Below, one piece after another: positions 1 to 7,736 of a stretch of DNA of 46,399 nucleotides. The DNA is taken from the IMG/VR virus record IMGVR_UViG_3300027265_000053, positions 1 to 46,399 of that record, one strand, 5' to 3'. How positions within the stretch are numbered: position 1 is the first letter of the stretch; every line of letters begins with the position of its first letter. A program made the position numbers and the translations under genes. The DNA comes from a virus (lineage: Duplodnaviria; Caudoviricetes). Under the pieces are notes generated by a model that did not search any database, was not told the origin of the DNA, and was given only the letters and a program-made list of their open reading frames with translations.

Positions 1-285
1 TTATACGCACTGGGTCACATCGATGGCGTATACGCTAACGGGCTTGTCGCCAAAATGAGGATGCGTGATCCGCTTCTGTTGTGGGTATCCCGTCCACTTC
101 CTGCGTATTGTCTTCGACTCATCATTTTGCTTCGGATATCCGAGCTTCAAGTGGATTTCGTCGTATTCCGGGCCACGTAAGCGGCGCTCCCAGTAGTCGT
201 TTGCTTGGCGATATTCCTCGGTCTTATCTCCTTTGGCTATTGCATGCCAATATTCGGCCTTTATGTGCAATGTCAAAATACGCAT
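1..285 (-). CDS. ASCH/PUA-like domain protein filling an attC-bounded cassette
   Basis: LTLHIKAEYWHAIAKGDKTEEYR motif (GxKxxEYR); ATG lies inside GTTATGC (282-288) and TAA at 1-3 lies inside an apparent core site. Confidence 0.8.
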   Translation of the reverse strand: MRILTLHIKAEYWHAIAKGDKTEEYRQANDYWERRLRGPEYDEIHLKLGYPKQNDESKTIRRKWTGYPQQKRITHPHFGDKPVSVYAIDVTQCV

Positions 286-371
286 AACTTATAGCTCCAG
301 GCGACGCCATACCGCGTCATAGTTTTGTGGTAAATAATGGGTATGCGTAAAATCGTGTTGAAAAGCCACTT

Positions 372-1649
372 TTACAAATTTTCGGGCTCGTGTTGAAACT
401 CAACACCATAGTTAACAAAAAGATCATCCGGCAAAGCATATTCAATCGTTTTTTCTGCCACGCCATGCTTAAATGGTTTTGGCCTGATTTTGTGCTTTGC
501 ACCGATAAAAAGCACCCTGGCCCTTAATACATCAAAACTGTAACCTCTGCCTTGTCTAGCTATTGATTTAATGTGATTATTGGCCGATTCCGTGTAAGCG
601 TTGGTTACTCGATGATCGAAATAATTGAATACCTCAAAACGCCAGTTATCTACAGCTCGTGTCAGATCAGAAAAATAGCCGCGTATTCCAGAAGGCACGG
701 AGTCTTTCCATCCATTATATACGGCCTCAGCCTCAACCCTGGTTACGCCACTATCCCAAATATCGAAAAATCGCTCTTTAGCGTGATGCAGATCGGCGAG
801 TTCCGGAAAGTTTTCGGTCCAGCCAGATAACAAGAATTCCTGGGTTGCATCCAGATCGCGGCGGCGTCTTAACATCAAATACCGATCTTTCTTAAGCCGC
901 TTGACTTGCTCCTTATCCATTTTGCTACGCAAGTCCTTACGGCCTTTCTCGACCGCCTCGTTCGCCATTTTTACCACATGGAACTTGTCGATCACGACAA
1001 TTGCATGAGGCAGCGCAGCGGCCACAGCATCACGATACGGACGCCACATATCCATCGTTACGATTTTTATTTTTTTTGGTTGTTTGAAGCGATAAAGCGC
1101 GTTAATGACGGCTTTTTTAGTGCGATTGTCAATCATATCAACAATAGTCCGCTCGCTGATGTTGGTCAGCACTAGCCGCATTTCCCGGTTCAAATGCACC
1201 TCATCAATCCCCAGTATTTCCGGCGTTTCAAAAGTGTATTGTTGATTCAGTTTTTCGGTGTAATTCTTAAGGATTCCCCGGATTGATCCTTCGGAAAGTC
1301 CGACATCATGCGCCACACTCACACACGTTTTGATGATCGCCGTTTTTTCAATGTACCTGACTAGGCGCTTTGTAGCGCGATGGCTATCGTCAATATCATC
1401 ACACACCTGGAAAAACGTCTTTTGGCACTGGCGGCACCGGTAGCGCTTACGCTCCAAGAATATTCCGACACGTCGCCCATGAATGGGCGTATCCATGAAT
1501 AACTGAACTTTTTTGCCGTGGCCGTAAATAGCATCATTAGCACAATCAGGGCAGCCCGACGGTTCCGAATTGGCGACCGCATGAATATGATAGTCATGGT
1601 CGCCATTCTCCTCGGTTTTAATCTCGGTTATCGATTCCAGATTGAGCAT
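372..1649 (-). CDS. ISL3-family DDE transposase
   Basis: Zn finger CPDC...RYRCRQC; LGIDE, VTMDMWRPY, VIDKFHVVK, TNAYTESANNHIK motifs. Confidence 0.95.
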   Translation of the reverse strand: MLNLESITEIKTEENGDHDYHIHAVANSEPSGCPDCANDAIYGHGKKVQLFMDTPIHGRRVGIFLERKRYRCRQCQKTFFQVCDDIDDSHRATKRLVRYIEKTAIIKTCVSVAHDVGLSEGSIRGILKNYTEKLNQQYTFETPEILGIDEVHLNREMRLVLTNISERTIVDMIDNRTKKAVINALYRFKQPKKIKIVTMDMWRPYRDAVAAALPHAIVVIDKFHVVKMANEAVEKGRKDLRSKMDKEQVKRLKKDRYLMLRRRRDLDATQEFLLSGWTENFPELADLHHAKERFFDIWDSGVTRVEAEAVYNGWKDSVPSGIRGYFSDLTRAVDNWRFEVFNYFDHRVTNAYTESANNHIKSIARQGRGYSFDVLRARVLFIGAKHKIRPKPFKHGVAEKTIEYALPDDLFVNYGVEFQHEPENL

Positions 1650-1917
1650 TATCGATCTTTAAAATTTGTTCAAAAATATTCGGTAGCGCTGTCATTTTTT
1701 TAGAAAGCACCATTTTGAGTTGTCCGAGAGCTATACAGGTTGCGTCATAATCATCGTGAGATACAGCTTGTTCAAGATCCGCTATCAACTGATTTTGTTC
1801 GCGCACCCACTTATTGAGCCAGCCTTTAATCGTTGCTGCTTTCGATTCTGCCGATTTAGCTCGCTTAAGCCGGTCGTTGATAGGTCGGGTTTGTTTTTTC
1901 ATTACCCGCGCCTTCAT
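1618..1917 (-). CDS. Hypothetical helical protein, ISL3 passenger
   Basis: 99-aa ORF overlapping both neighbours, inside the IRs. Confidence 0.6.
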   Translation of the reverse strand: MKARVMKKQTRPINDRLKRAKSAESKAATIKGWLNKWVREQNQLIADLEQAVSHDDYDATCIALGQLKMVLSKKMTALPNIFEQILKIDNAQSGIDNRD

Positions 1918-2183
1918 TCAATTTTTATCAATTTAAGGCTAACAACATCGCCATCATCATCAATAAACGACACCCCTTTAAACCGGTTCATTTTTGTTAT
2001 TTGCGTGTAGATAACCCCATCACGCTTCAAAACAACTCCACAATCCGACTCTACTAATTCATCAGTGTCCCTTAACACCACCTCGTATTCGGCTAAGTTA
2101 GCGCTGTCAGGATCGACAATATGTATTTCGTGACCGTAATAGTCATACGCATTAAATCCAGTAAATCTAACTAAATTTTTCAT
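1914..2183 (-). CDS. Hypothetical acidic protein, ISL3 passenger
   Basis: 89 aa, GAGG RBS, ATGA overlap with next ORF. Confidence 0.65.
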   Translation of the reverse strand: MKNLVRFTGFNAYDYYGHEIHIVDPDSANLAEYEVVLRDTDELVESDCGVVLKRDGVIYTQITKMNRFKGVSFIDDDGDVVSLKLIKIE

Positions 2184-2245
2184 AATTCCTCACTCCAGTT
2201 AATGGGGTGTAAGGCCGATGCGTTAAGCATCGGCTTGGCTATGTA

Positions 2246-2554
2246 TTAAACCCAAGATTCAATTTCGGCAACGAAATTTCTGTTTTTTTCTATTTGTTCA
2301 GTAGTTGGCAGGTATGGGTTGTTAGCCATATTGGTATCGACAACGATAGATACGTATGCTTTGATCCAAGGTCTATATACCTGTCCTGTTTTGTCGGCTG
2401 GCTCAGTAATATCGCCGGCTACGTTTCTATTCATTGCTAAATATTGTTTTTGCGCGTCGCTGAGTTCGTAAAAATAAATATCGTAATAAATGCAGCCCAT
2501 TTCTTTGTTTTTGCCGAAACGGTTGTCTTTTTTATATATTTCTATTGCTTTCAT
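2246..2554 (-). CDS. Hypothetical protein, ISL3 passenger
   Basis: 102 aa, GAGG RBS, followed by a hairpin at about 2211-2236. Confidence 0.65.
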   Translation of the reverse strand: MKAIEIYKKDNRFGKNKEMGCIYYDIYFYELSDAQKQYLAMNRNVAGDITEPADKTGQVYRPWIKAYVSIVVDTNMANNPYLPTTEQIEKNRNFVAEIESWV

Positions 2555-2737
2555 GATGTCCTCAATCCCGTATAGGGTTTGTGATTAATTTTTACCGGGA
2601 TTCGCCCCGGCGGCTGTGTGGATGTCTTCCACGTTTTTTATTATACAGACATGAAATTGAAAATCAACATGATTTTACGATTTCAACACGATATATTCAA
2701 TTTATTTTCAACACGGTTTTACGTAGACCCTAAATAA

Positions 2738-2965
2738 TTAGCTCTTGAGGCGCGGTACGGCGCTCCTGAGCATGGCGTTGTGCACCTGTTTCGTTTTGAT
2801 TAAAAAAAGCTCCCAATATGCGGCATCCATTTTTCTATCTCCGGCCTCGTATTGTTGCCAGGCCCGGCATCCCTTGTGTATCACCTCTGCGGCTTCCGTT
2901 TGGGTTAAACCCGCGTCCATGCGGGCTTGTTTAATTTGTTCTGTTGTTGGTTTATCCACGGACAT
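2738..2965 (-). CDS. XRE-family HTH regulator
   Basis: IKQARMDAGLTQTEAAEVIHKGCRAWQQYEAGDRKM; C-terminal tail is encoded by the attC arm. Confidence 0.88.
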   Translation of the reverse strand: MSVDKPTTEQIKQARMDAGLTQTEAAEVIHKGCRAWQQYEAGDRKMDAAYWELFLIKTKQVHNAMLRSAVPRLKS

Positions 2966-3152
2966 CGATCACTTCAAAATCGCCATCTGTTACTAACCCA
3001 TCATTTGATCAAAATGCGGGGCTGTAAGTTAATCCGTATTCATCGGTGTCATAACCAATTTCATTAAATTTTGCTTCAATTGATTTGTTGTCATCGCCCT
3101 TTATTTGTGCAACAACTTCTTTTGTATCAACATTATAAATATATGCGTCCAT
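2952..3152 (-). pseudogene. Small acidic ORF with an internal TGA (47 aa, stop, 18 aa)
   Basis: GGAGAG RBS; MDAYIYNVDTKEVVAQ...GLTYSPAF*SNDGLVTDGDFEVIDVRG*; frame continues to overlap the HTH start. Confidence 0.55.
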
Positions 3153-3199
3153 TTTACTCTCCAGTTTATGAGCGGGGAATCCGCTTCACTTGCTAAAAG

Positions 3200-3227
3200 A
3201 TTATACGCGCATTGTTCGTGTTGTCAA
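3200..3227 (-). promoter_or_regulatory. Sigma70 promoter inside a cassette
   Basis: TTGACA-16 nt-TATAAT on the minus strand, both boxes perfect. Confidence 0.75.
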
Positions 3228-3261
3228 ATTTATTTTAATGTAAATTGTGCGTCACTTAAGC

Positions 3262-3351
3262 GCACAACCCATCAATCAACCAGACGCCGTTAATAATCTG
3301 CGTTTCGTTTTTGATGTCGTGGGCGGCGCTGGTTATTTCAGCGCGTTATAC
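3262..3351 (+). repeat. attC-like site B (90 bp)
   Basis: GCACAAC-CCATC-AATCAACC-AGACGCCG...CGGCGCT-GGTTATT-TCAGCGC-GTTATAC; its R'' is the exact complement of the upstream R' GTTGTGC (2777); right spacer is long (7 nt). Confidence 0.8.
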
Positions 3352-3355
3352 GCCA

Positions 3356-3580
3356 TCATGGATATGGGTTTCTTAAGCATCCGTGGGCTACGCATTGCTC
3401 AGGAGATGCGGCCGCACATGGCTCCGAACTAAACCATGTGTGCCCGCACCGGTAACATGCTTCATCTTCTCGCACGGTCGATGCTCCGCATTGCCTGCAT
3501 TTATTGCAATGCACGCATAACTGTACATTCAACTCAGACCCGCCGTTCTCGGCGGTGTCCGTAATCTGCTCAGTATTCAT
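3356..3580 (-). CDS. Small Cys-rich (Zn-ribbon-like) protein starting inside an attC loop
   Basis: CRQCG...CYRCG; GAGG RBS and ATG are within site C. Confidence 0.6.
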   Translation of the reverse strand: MNTEQITDTAENGGSELNVQLCVHCNKCRQCGASTVREDEACYRCGHTWFSSEPCAAASPEQCVAHGCLRNPYP

Positions 3581-3637
3581 AATTCCTCACTTCGTTTAGG
3601 GTTAGTTCCCAGCGGGCTGGTTAATGCGGCGTTATAC
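3515..3637 (+). repeat. attC-like site C (123 bp)
   Basis: GCATAAC-TGTAC-ATTCAACT-CAGACCCGC...GCGGGCTG-GTTAAT-GCGGC-GTTATAC. Confidence 0.8.
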
Positions 3638-3768
3638 GCAGCATCTGATTTTGGCAGCATTCGATTTCTTTCCGATTTTAATTGGTCCTGCCATCTGGCC
3701 ACATTAGCGCTTAGCTTGCTATCAATGTGCGGGAGTTGGTCCAACATTTCGGCGACGGTATCTAGCAA
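3577..3768 (-). CDS. Hypothetical protein, possibly 5'-truncated
   Basis: 63 aa with TTG start; reads into site C and overlaps next start (ATGA). Confidence 0.4.
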   Translation of the reverse strand: MLDTVAEMLDQLPHIDSKLSANVARWQDQLKSERNRMLPKSDAAYNAALTSPLGTNPKRSEEL

Positions 3769-3770
3769 AA

Positions 3771-3789
3771 CCTGATCTAAGCGTTAGAC
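3771..3789 (+). repeat. Half attC-like site D (L'-spacer-R' only)
   Basis: CCTGATC-TAAGC-GTTAGAC; no partner left arm found. Confidence 0.5.
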
Positions 3790-3981
3790 ATAATCGCCAG
3801 GCTGCGGGATGTTCGGATCACCATGAGCAAATCGATAACCCTTCATGAACATTTCGTAGTCACGCCTGTGCTGAATGCTCTTATCAGTTTCAACTTCTCC
3901 GCCAAAAAATCTTAATCTAAATTCACGCGGTGGTGGTGGCGGTGGTTTGTTATGTGATTTCTGTTCCATATATTTCTCCAT
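3784..3981 (-). CDS. Small Pro-rich protein bounded by inverted core sites
   Basis: On the minus strand GTTAGAC-ATG ... ATGTC-TAA-C; 9-bp inverted match GTTAGACAT (3783) / ATGTCTAAC (3980). Confidence 0.65.
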   Translation of the reverse strand: MEKYMEQKSHNKPPPPPPREFRLRFFGGEVETDKSIQHRRDYEMFMKGYRFAHGDPNIPQPGDYV

Positions 3982-3989
3982 GTCTAACT

Positions 3990-5021
3990 CTACTCTTTTC
4001 CAGCCGGCTTAACTTCCGCAAGTTTCCGGTCATACACTTGCATCATCGCATCTGTCTTATGCCCTGATGCTGCCTTTTTATCGCCTTCGGTATCGCTGAC
4101 GCCCTTGGCTTTCAGCTGATGAAATTTAAATCTTGATATATCCATACCCTGGGCTTTGATCATTAATCGCTGCCACGCTGTAGAAAATCCTTCTTCGGTC
4201 AGCGCTGTGCCGTTTACGCCGCGGATCAATGTCGGATTCAGCGGGCGCACTTGCGGGTAGGGTAGGGATCGGCTAAGGGCAATGGCGGCATTAAGCCGGT
4301 CGCTAAAGGTGGTAATGTTGTCTCTGGACCCTTTCCGTCGACGTATATGCAGACCGTTTTCTTTGATGTCGGATTCGCGCAAGGCCATGACCTCACATAC
4401 TCGCATCCGGCATAGGTAGGCAAATTCCATGGCGCATTTAATATAGTCGGGGGCTATGTGGTACACAGCGATGTATTCGGCGTCGGTTACGTAGCGCTTG
4501 TCTGGGGTTTCGGTGTTGCGTCTGACATCTTTGCAGGGGTTTGTTTTTAGCAAATCGCGCTCTATGCAATATTGATAGCAGACCGATAAAAAGGCTTTTT
4601 CTCGGTTCGCGGATACTGCGGCCTCGCGGGCGTCCATATATTTCCTTATGACGCCGGGCGTGATCCGGTCGGCTTCGATGTTGCCGAGCAGTTCGCCTGA
4701 TTTTGTTTGGGTGTTTATGATCTGCTGGGCGCAGCGTTCGTATTGTTTTTTGGTGTGGATCGATTTTGCTGCGTGTTGAGGAGAGGATAAATATTGTTCG
4801 GTCATCCAGGCGACTGTTCTTTTTGGTTTTCCGACTGAGGTTATTTCTTCGTAACGCTTCCAGACTTCGGACAACGGCGCATCGGCAGGGCAGAGTTTGA
4901 TGTATTTGCCAAATTTTCCGGCGCCCAGATGTGCGCGATAAACAAGCATACCACGGCGCACGTAAACGTATTCGGGGAATTGGTGGTTGGTTTTTCTTTT
5001 TCTGCCCACTTTAAAACTCAA
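3990..5021 (-). CDS. int: Phage tyrosine recombinase (integrase)
   Basis: SANREKAFLS core-binding region; catalytic R (CRMRVCEV), K (RRKG), HQLK, SGH, Y (QVYDR). Confidence 0.92.
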   Translation of the reverse strand: MSFKVGRKRKTNHQFPEYVYVRRGMLVYRAHLGAGKFGKYIKLCPADAPLSEVWKRYEEITSVGKPKRTVAWMTEQYLSSPQHAAKSIHTKKQYERCAQQIINTQTKSGELLGNIEADRITPGVIRKYMDAREAAVSANREKAFLSVCYQYCIERDLLKTNPCKDVRRNTETPDKRYVTDAEYIAVYHIAPDYIKCAMEFAYLCRMRVCEVMALRESDIKENGLHIRRRKGSRDNITTFSDRLNAAIALSRSLPYPQVRPLNPTLIRGVNGTALTEEGFSTAWQRLMIKAQGMDISRFKFHQLKAKGVSDTEGDKKAASGHKTDAMMQVYDRKLAEVKPAGKE

Positions 5022-5223
5022 TTTGGTTGGCGTCAGGTTGATGATCGATTTTCAGCAACGCCAGGTTAACGGCCTCGGCGGTGACGCATATTATGCCTTT
5101 ATTGCCAAGCCAGTACGGGACATTGTGCGATCTGAGCCAATTAATCAAGGCATCTCGGTGCCGGTAGCCGGTCCAGGTTTGCAGGTCCTGCTCGGTTATC
5201 AGGGATGCGCTTTTGGTGGTCAT
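5011..5223 (-). CDS. Excisionase-like DUF4224-type protein
   Basis: LITEQDLQTWTGY...INWLRSHNVPY; overlaps int start. Confidence 0.75.
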   Translation of the reverse strand: MTTKSASLITEQDLQTWTGYRHRDALINWLRSHNVPYWLGNKGIICVTAEAVNLALLKIDHQPDANQIEF

Positions 5224-5855
5224 TTTCTCAGCTCCATTATTAACCCCGCCGCGTCTTTTATTCTAAAATAAAGCGCATTTGCTCGTTCACCGCTTTCTTT
5301 TACAAAGGTGGCGCATACCTCAATGTCGGGCTCGCCTATAATTAGCGCTAATAGATTGGCATCAAGATCTATTCCGAGTAGTTTAATTTGGTTGCGATTA
5401 GGGTAAACGCTGCCGCTGCCGTTGCAGTTTTTGCAGCAATCTAAGCCGCCCTTGATGGTAATATCGCCAGCTCCGTTGCAAGTTTTACACTCACATGAGT
5501 ATTGGTTATATTCGGTTGTAAGTTCAATTTCGCCATCGCCATCGCATTCAGGGCATTGGTCTGTGGTGGCTTTGCCTAGTCCGCCGCAAGTATTGCACTC
5601 GGTTTTGTCGGGGTGCTTTACGTCCGCCGGAAGCGGCGAAAATTGTTCGTGCGTATTGACGTAATTTATGCGCTCTAAAACAGACCTGGCAGTGCTCTTG
5701 AATTTATCATGACAGTCTGGGTAGTCGCCGTGCTGAGGCAGGATTAGCAGCGCTTTCCCGCTCGTAGCGATGGTCTTTCCATCTAGCTGAAAAGGTTGAC
5801 GAATATAATCTCTAGGGTCGTTTTTATTATAGAAATTTTCGATATTGAGTGTCAT
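5220..5855 (-). CDS. Phage protein with DnaJ-like Zn finger
   Basis: Four CxxCxGxG repeats. Confidence 0.75.
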   Translation of the reverse strand: MTLNIENFYNKNDPRDYIRQPFQLDGKTIATSGKALLILPQHGDYPDCHDKFKSTARSVLERINYVNTHEQFSPLPADVKHPDKTECNTCGGLGKATTDQCPECDGDGEIELTTEYNQYSCECKTCNGAGDITIKGGLDCCKNCNGSGSVYPNRNQIKLLGIDLDANLLALIIGEPDIEVCATFVKESGERANALYFRIKDAAGLIMELRK

Positions 5856-5893
5856 ATTAAAAGCTCGCTGCTGCTATATCGGATTTGCTCATG

Positions 5894-6088
5894 TCAGGCT
5901 CCGTTATTTTTGTTATTTAAGTGCATAGCCAGTTCTTCGATTTGTTCAAAGCCTTCGGGGGTTAGCAATATCTTAGCGGCAGCGCGAAAGGCTTGATTGT
6001 GATGTATCTTTGGCTTTTCTCCGGGCAAGTTTACTTGGCGGTTTTTTGCTAAGTTTAGATTTGCAATGGCGTGAGCGTGATTCTTCAT
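5894..6088 (-). CDS. Hypothetical protein
   Basis: 64-aa ORF in the early-left operon. Confidence 0.5.
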   Translation of the reverse strand: MKNHAHAIANLNLAKNRQVNLPGEKPKIHHNQAFRAAAKILLTPEGFEQIEELAMHLNNKNNGA

Positions 6089-6096
6089 AGCTGCTT

Positions 6097-6522
6097 CTAA
6101 TCCGGAAGTTTTGATAGCTGAAAGTGCATGCCGTCTTTCAGTGTCCAGTTACCGCCCCAGTCGAATCCTGCGTCGGTAAAGCAGGCGACCAGTTGCGGGG
6201 TCATGTTCGGCTTTTTTCCGTATCCGTTCCATGCGGCATTGATGTCGATGGCTACGCCCCAGCTGTGCAATGATGGTGTTGTGCCCTGCACTTTTCGGCG
6301 GATGTTAAAGCAGCCGTCAAAGGTTCGTAGCTGATTGATCAGGCCGCGGTCGATAATGTTGGAAAAAGCGATTTGCAATGGTGCCACTATATCGCGGTTG
6401 CAATACAGGCGCTTGGGTATTACGCCAAGCTCTAAATGCGCAGGAATGTCCCATAAGACCATGTGTTTTTGATCTTCCGGATTGCCGTATTTTGCTTGGC
6501 AGGCTTTATGCGAAACTGTCAT
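6097..6522 (-). CDS. M15-family Zn peptidase (L-Ala-D-Glu-type endolysin candidate)
   Basis: GCFNIR...SLHSWGVAIDIN...FDWGGNW...DGMHFQ. Confidence 0.9.
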   Translation of the reverse strand: MTVSHKACQAKYGNPEDQKHMVLWDIPAHLELGVIPKRLYCNRDIVAPLQIAFSNIIDRGLINQLRTFDGCFNIRRKVQGTTPSLHSWGVAIDINAAWNGYGKKPNMTPQLVACFTDAGFDWGGNWTLKDGMHFQLSKLPD

Positions 6523-6537
6523 TTGTTATTTCTCCGG

Positions 6538-6846
6538 TTATTGCATATCGTCTTCGGTATAAGTGCCTGGGTTTTTGGCAATGTATTCAGCCATTTCATC
6601 GGTCATTAAGTTATCGTAAACCGCACCTGTTACTGATGAGGCTTTGGCGTCGCTTAAGCTGGCAACGGTAAAAACGGTGGCCAGGGCTGCAAAGATTAAA
6701 AAAGCGGTGAGCAATTTAATTAATATAGCTTCGGTTTCTTTTTTGCTATCGTTTAATCGGGCTATTGGTGCTTGATCTGTCATGAGTAGTTTTTTTATTT
6801 TCATGGCGTTGCCTATTTTTTTTTGCATTTTTGCGCCACCAGTCAT
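6538..6846 (-). CDS. Hypothetical single-TM protein (start may be 6804)
   Basis: Hydrophobic stretch LLTAFLIFAALATVFTVASL. Confidence 0.55.
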   Translation of the reverse strand: MTGGAKMQKKIGNAMKIKKLLMTDQAPIARLNDSKKETEAILIKLLTAFLIFAALATVFTVASLSDAKASSVTGAVYDNLMTDEMAEYIAKNPGTYTEDDMQ

Positions 6847-6885
6847 GTGATGTCCGCTGCCATGACTGGCGGCGCAAAGATAGGG

Positions 6886-7707
6886 TTAGTAAGCTTTACC
6901 GTAATAAATTCGGCCTGACGACATGGAGCTTGCGATCAGATCGGTTGTATCGGCAATATTTGCGTCGATGGTTTTGTGTGGTCTGATCAGTTCGTACCAC
7001 AGGATCAAGTTACCGTCTTTGATGCGGTATCGTAGGCGCGATTCAATGCGATAAGGTGTGCCGCCTTCGAATAGTTTTAATCCGATTTCAAAGGTTTGGG
7101 GTATTTTTAGTTGGCCGTTTGCGCCGGCCGTCCCGTCGATTACTTCATGGTATGATAGTTGGACTTGTCCATTATCCAAGCGCTGTGCGGATGAAAATTT
7201 GCTGTCGGTTTTCGCTTGGATACTGAGGGCGATTTCCAGCATTTCGGCGCCGGTTGGGGTAATGATTTCTTCAAGGTTGTCTTCGATAAATCGGCCAAAA
7301 TCTTCTTGGGTCATTGACTTTTTGTTGTTGCTTAGCCAGTTATCCCATTCTTTGGTTTTTTTCAGGGCAAAGTCTGCGGTATGGCTGTTGTTATCAGCCT
7401 CGGTTATGCCGTGATAGTCAATAATGCCTTTAAATTCGGCAGTTTCTGTGTTGATAAAGATAACCGAGTTATCGTTGGCAAAGCGGTTAAAGTAATCGAT
7501 AAAGCTTTCAGCCGTTGAGTGGGTGGTTTTTTGTTCGGTTTTAAGCGGGTGATTTCTTAGGTTATCAAGGATTTTTAAATCTGAATCATTGGGTACGATT
7601 AGCATCGGTGTGCCGTTAATATCAAACGGTTTTGAGGCTAAATCTTTACCGGCTTCGATGGCTGCTTGGATGCCGTTAGGGATTTGGGTTAATGTTGCTG
7701 ATTCCAT
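6886..7707 (-). CDS. DUF2303/YfdQ-family phage protein
   Basis: SFIDYFNRF, IIDYH, MTQEDFGRFIEDN, RLDNGQVQLSY, RLRYR motifs. Confidence 0.88.
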   Translation of the reverse strand: MESATLTQIPNGIQAAIEAGKDLASKPFDINGTPMLIVPNDSDLKILDNLRNHPLKTEQKTTHSTAESFIDYFNRFANDNSVIFINTETAEFKGIIDYHGITEADNNSHTADFALKKTKEWDNWLSNNKKSMTQEDFGRFIEDNLEEIITPTGAEMLEIALSIQAKTDSKFSSAQRLDNGQVQLSYHEVIDGTAGANGQLKIPQTFEIGLKLFEGGTPYRIESRLRYRIKDGNLILWYELIRPHKTIDANIADTTDLIASSMSSGRIYYGKAY

Positions 7708-7736
7708 TTTTATTCTCGATTTTTTTGTTAAAAAAA

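Larger units (their letters stand above)
339..2730 (-). mobile_element. ISL3-family element with three passenger ORFs (2392 bp)
   Basis: 26-bp terminal IRs, 23/26 identical (GGGTATGCGTAAAATCGTGTTGAAAA at 339-364 vs 2705-2730); 8-bp target duplication TAAATAAT at 331-338 and 2731-2738. Confidence 0.93.
282..2783 (+). repeat. attC-like site A (102 bp when restored), split by the ISL3 insertion
   Basis: GCATAAC-TTATA-GCTCCAGG-CGACGCCATACCGCG (282-316) pairs with CGCGGTACGGCGCT-CCTGAGC-ATGGC-GTTGTGC (2751-2783); extra C in L''. Confidence 0.8.

Noticed and set aside
372-1649. Domesticated, IR-less transposase in a phage operon
   Set aside because: Terminal IRs and an 8-bp target duplication are present at 339 and 2730, so it is a real IS.
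3990-5021. Integrase as an integron IntI serving the adjacent attC array
   Set aside because: No IntI-specific insertion (AL.RKY patch) is visible; it is paired with an xis-like gene and its 3' end, not its 5' end, faces the array.
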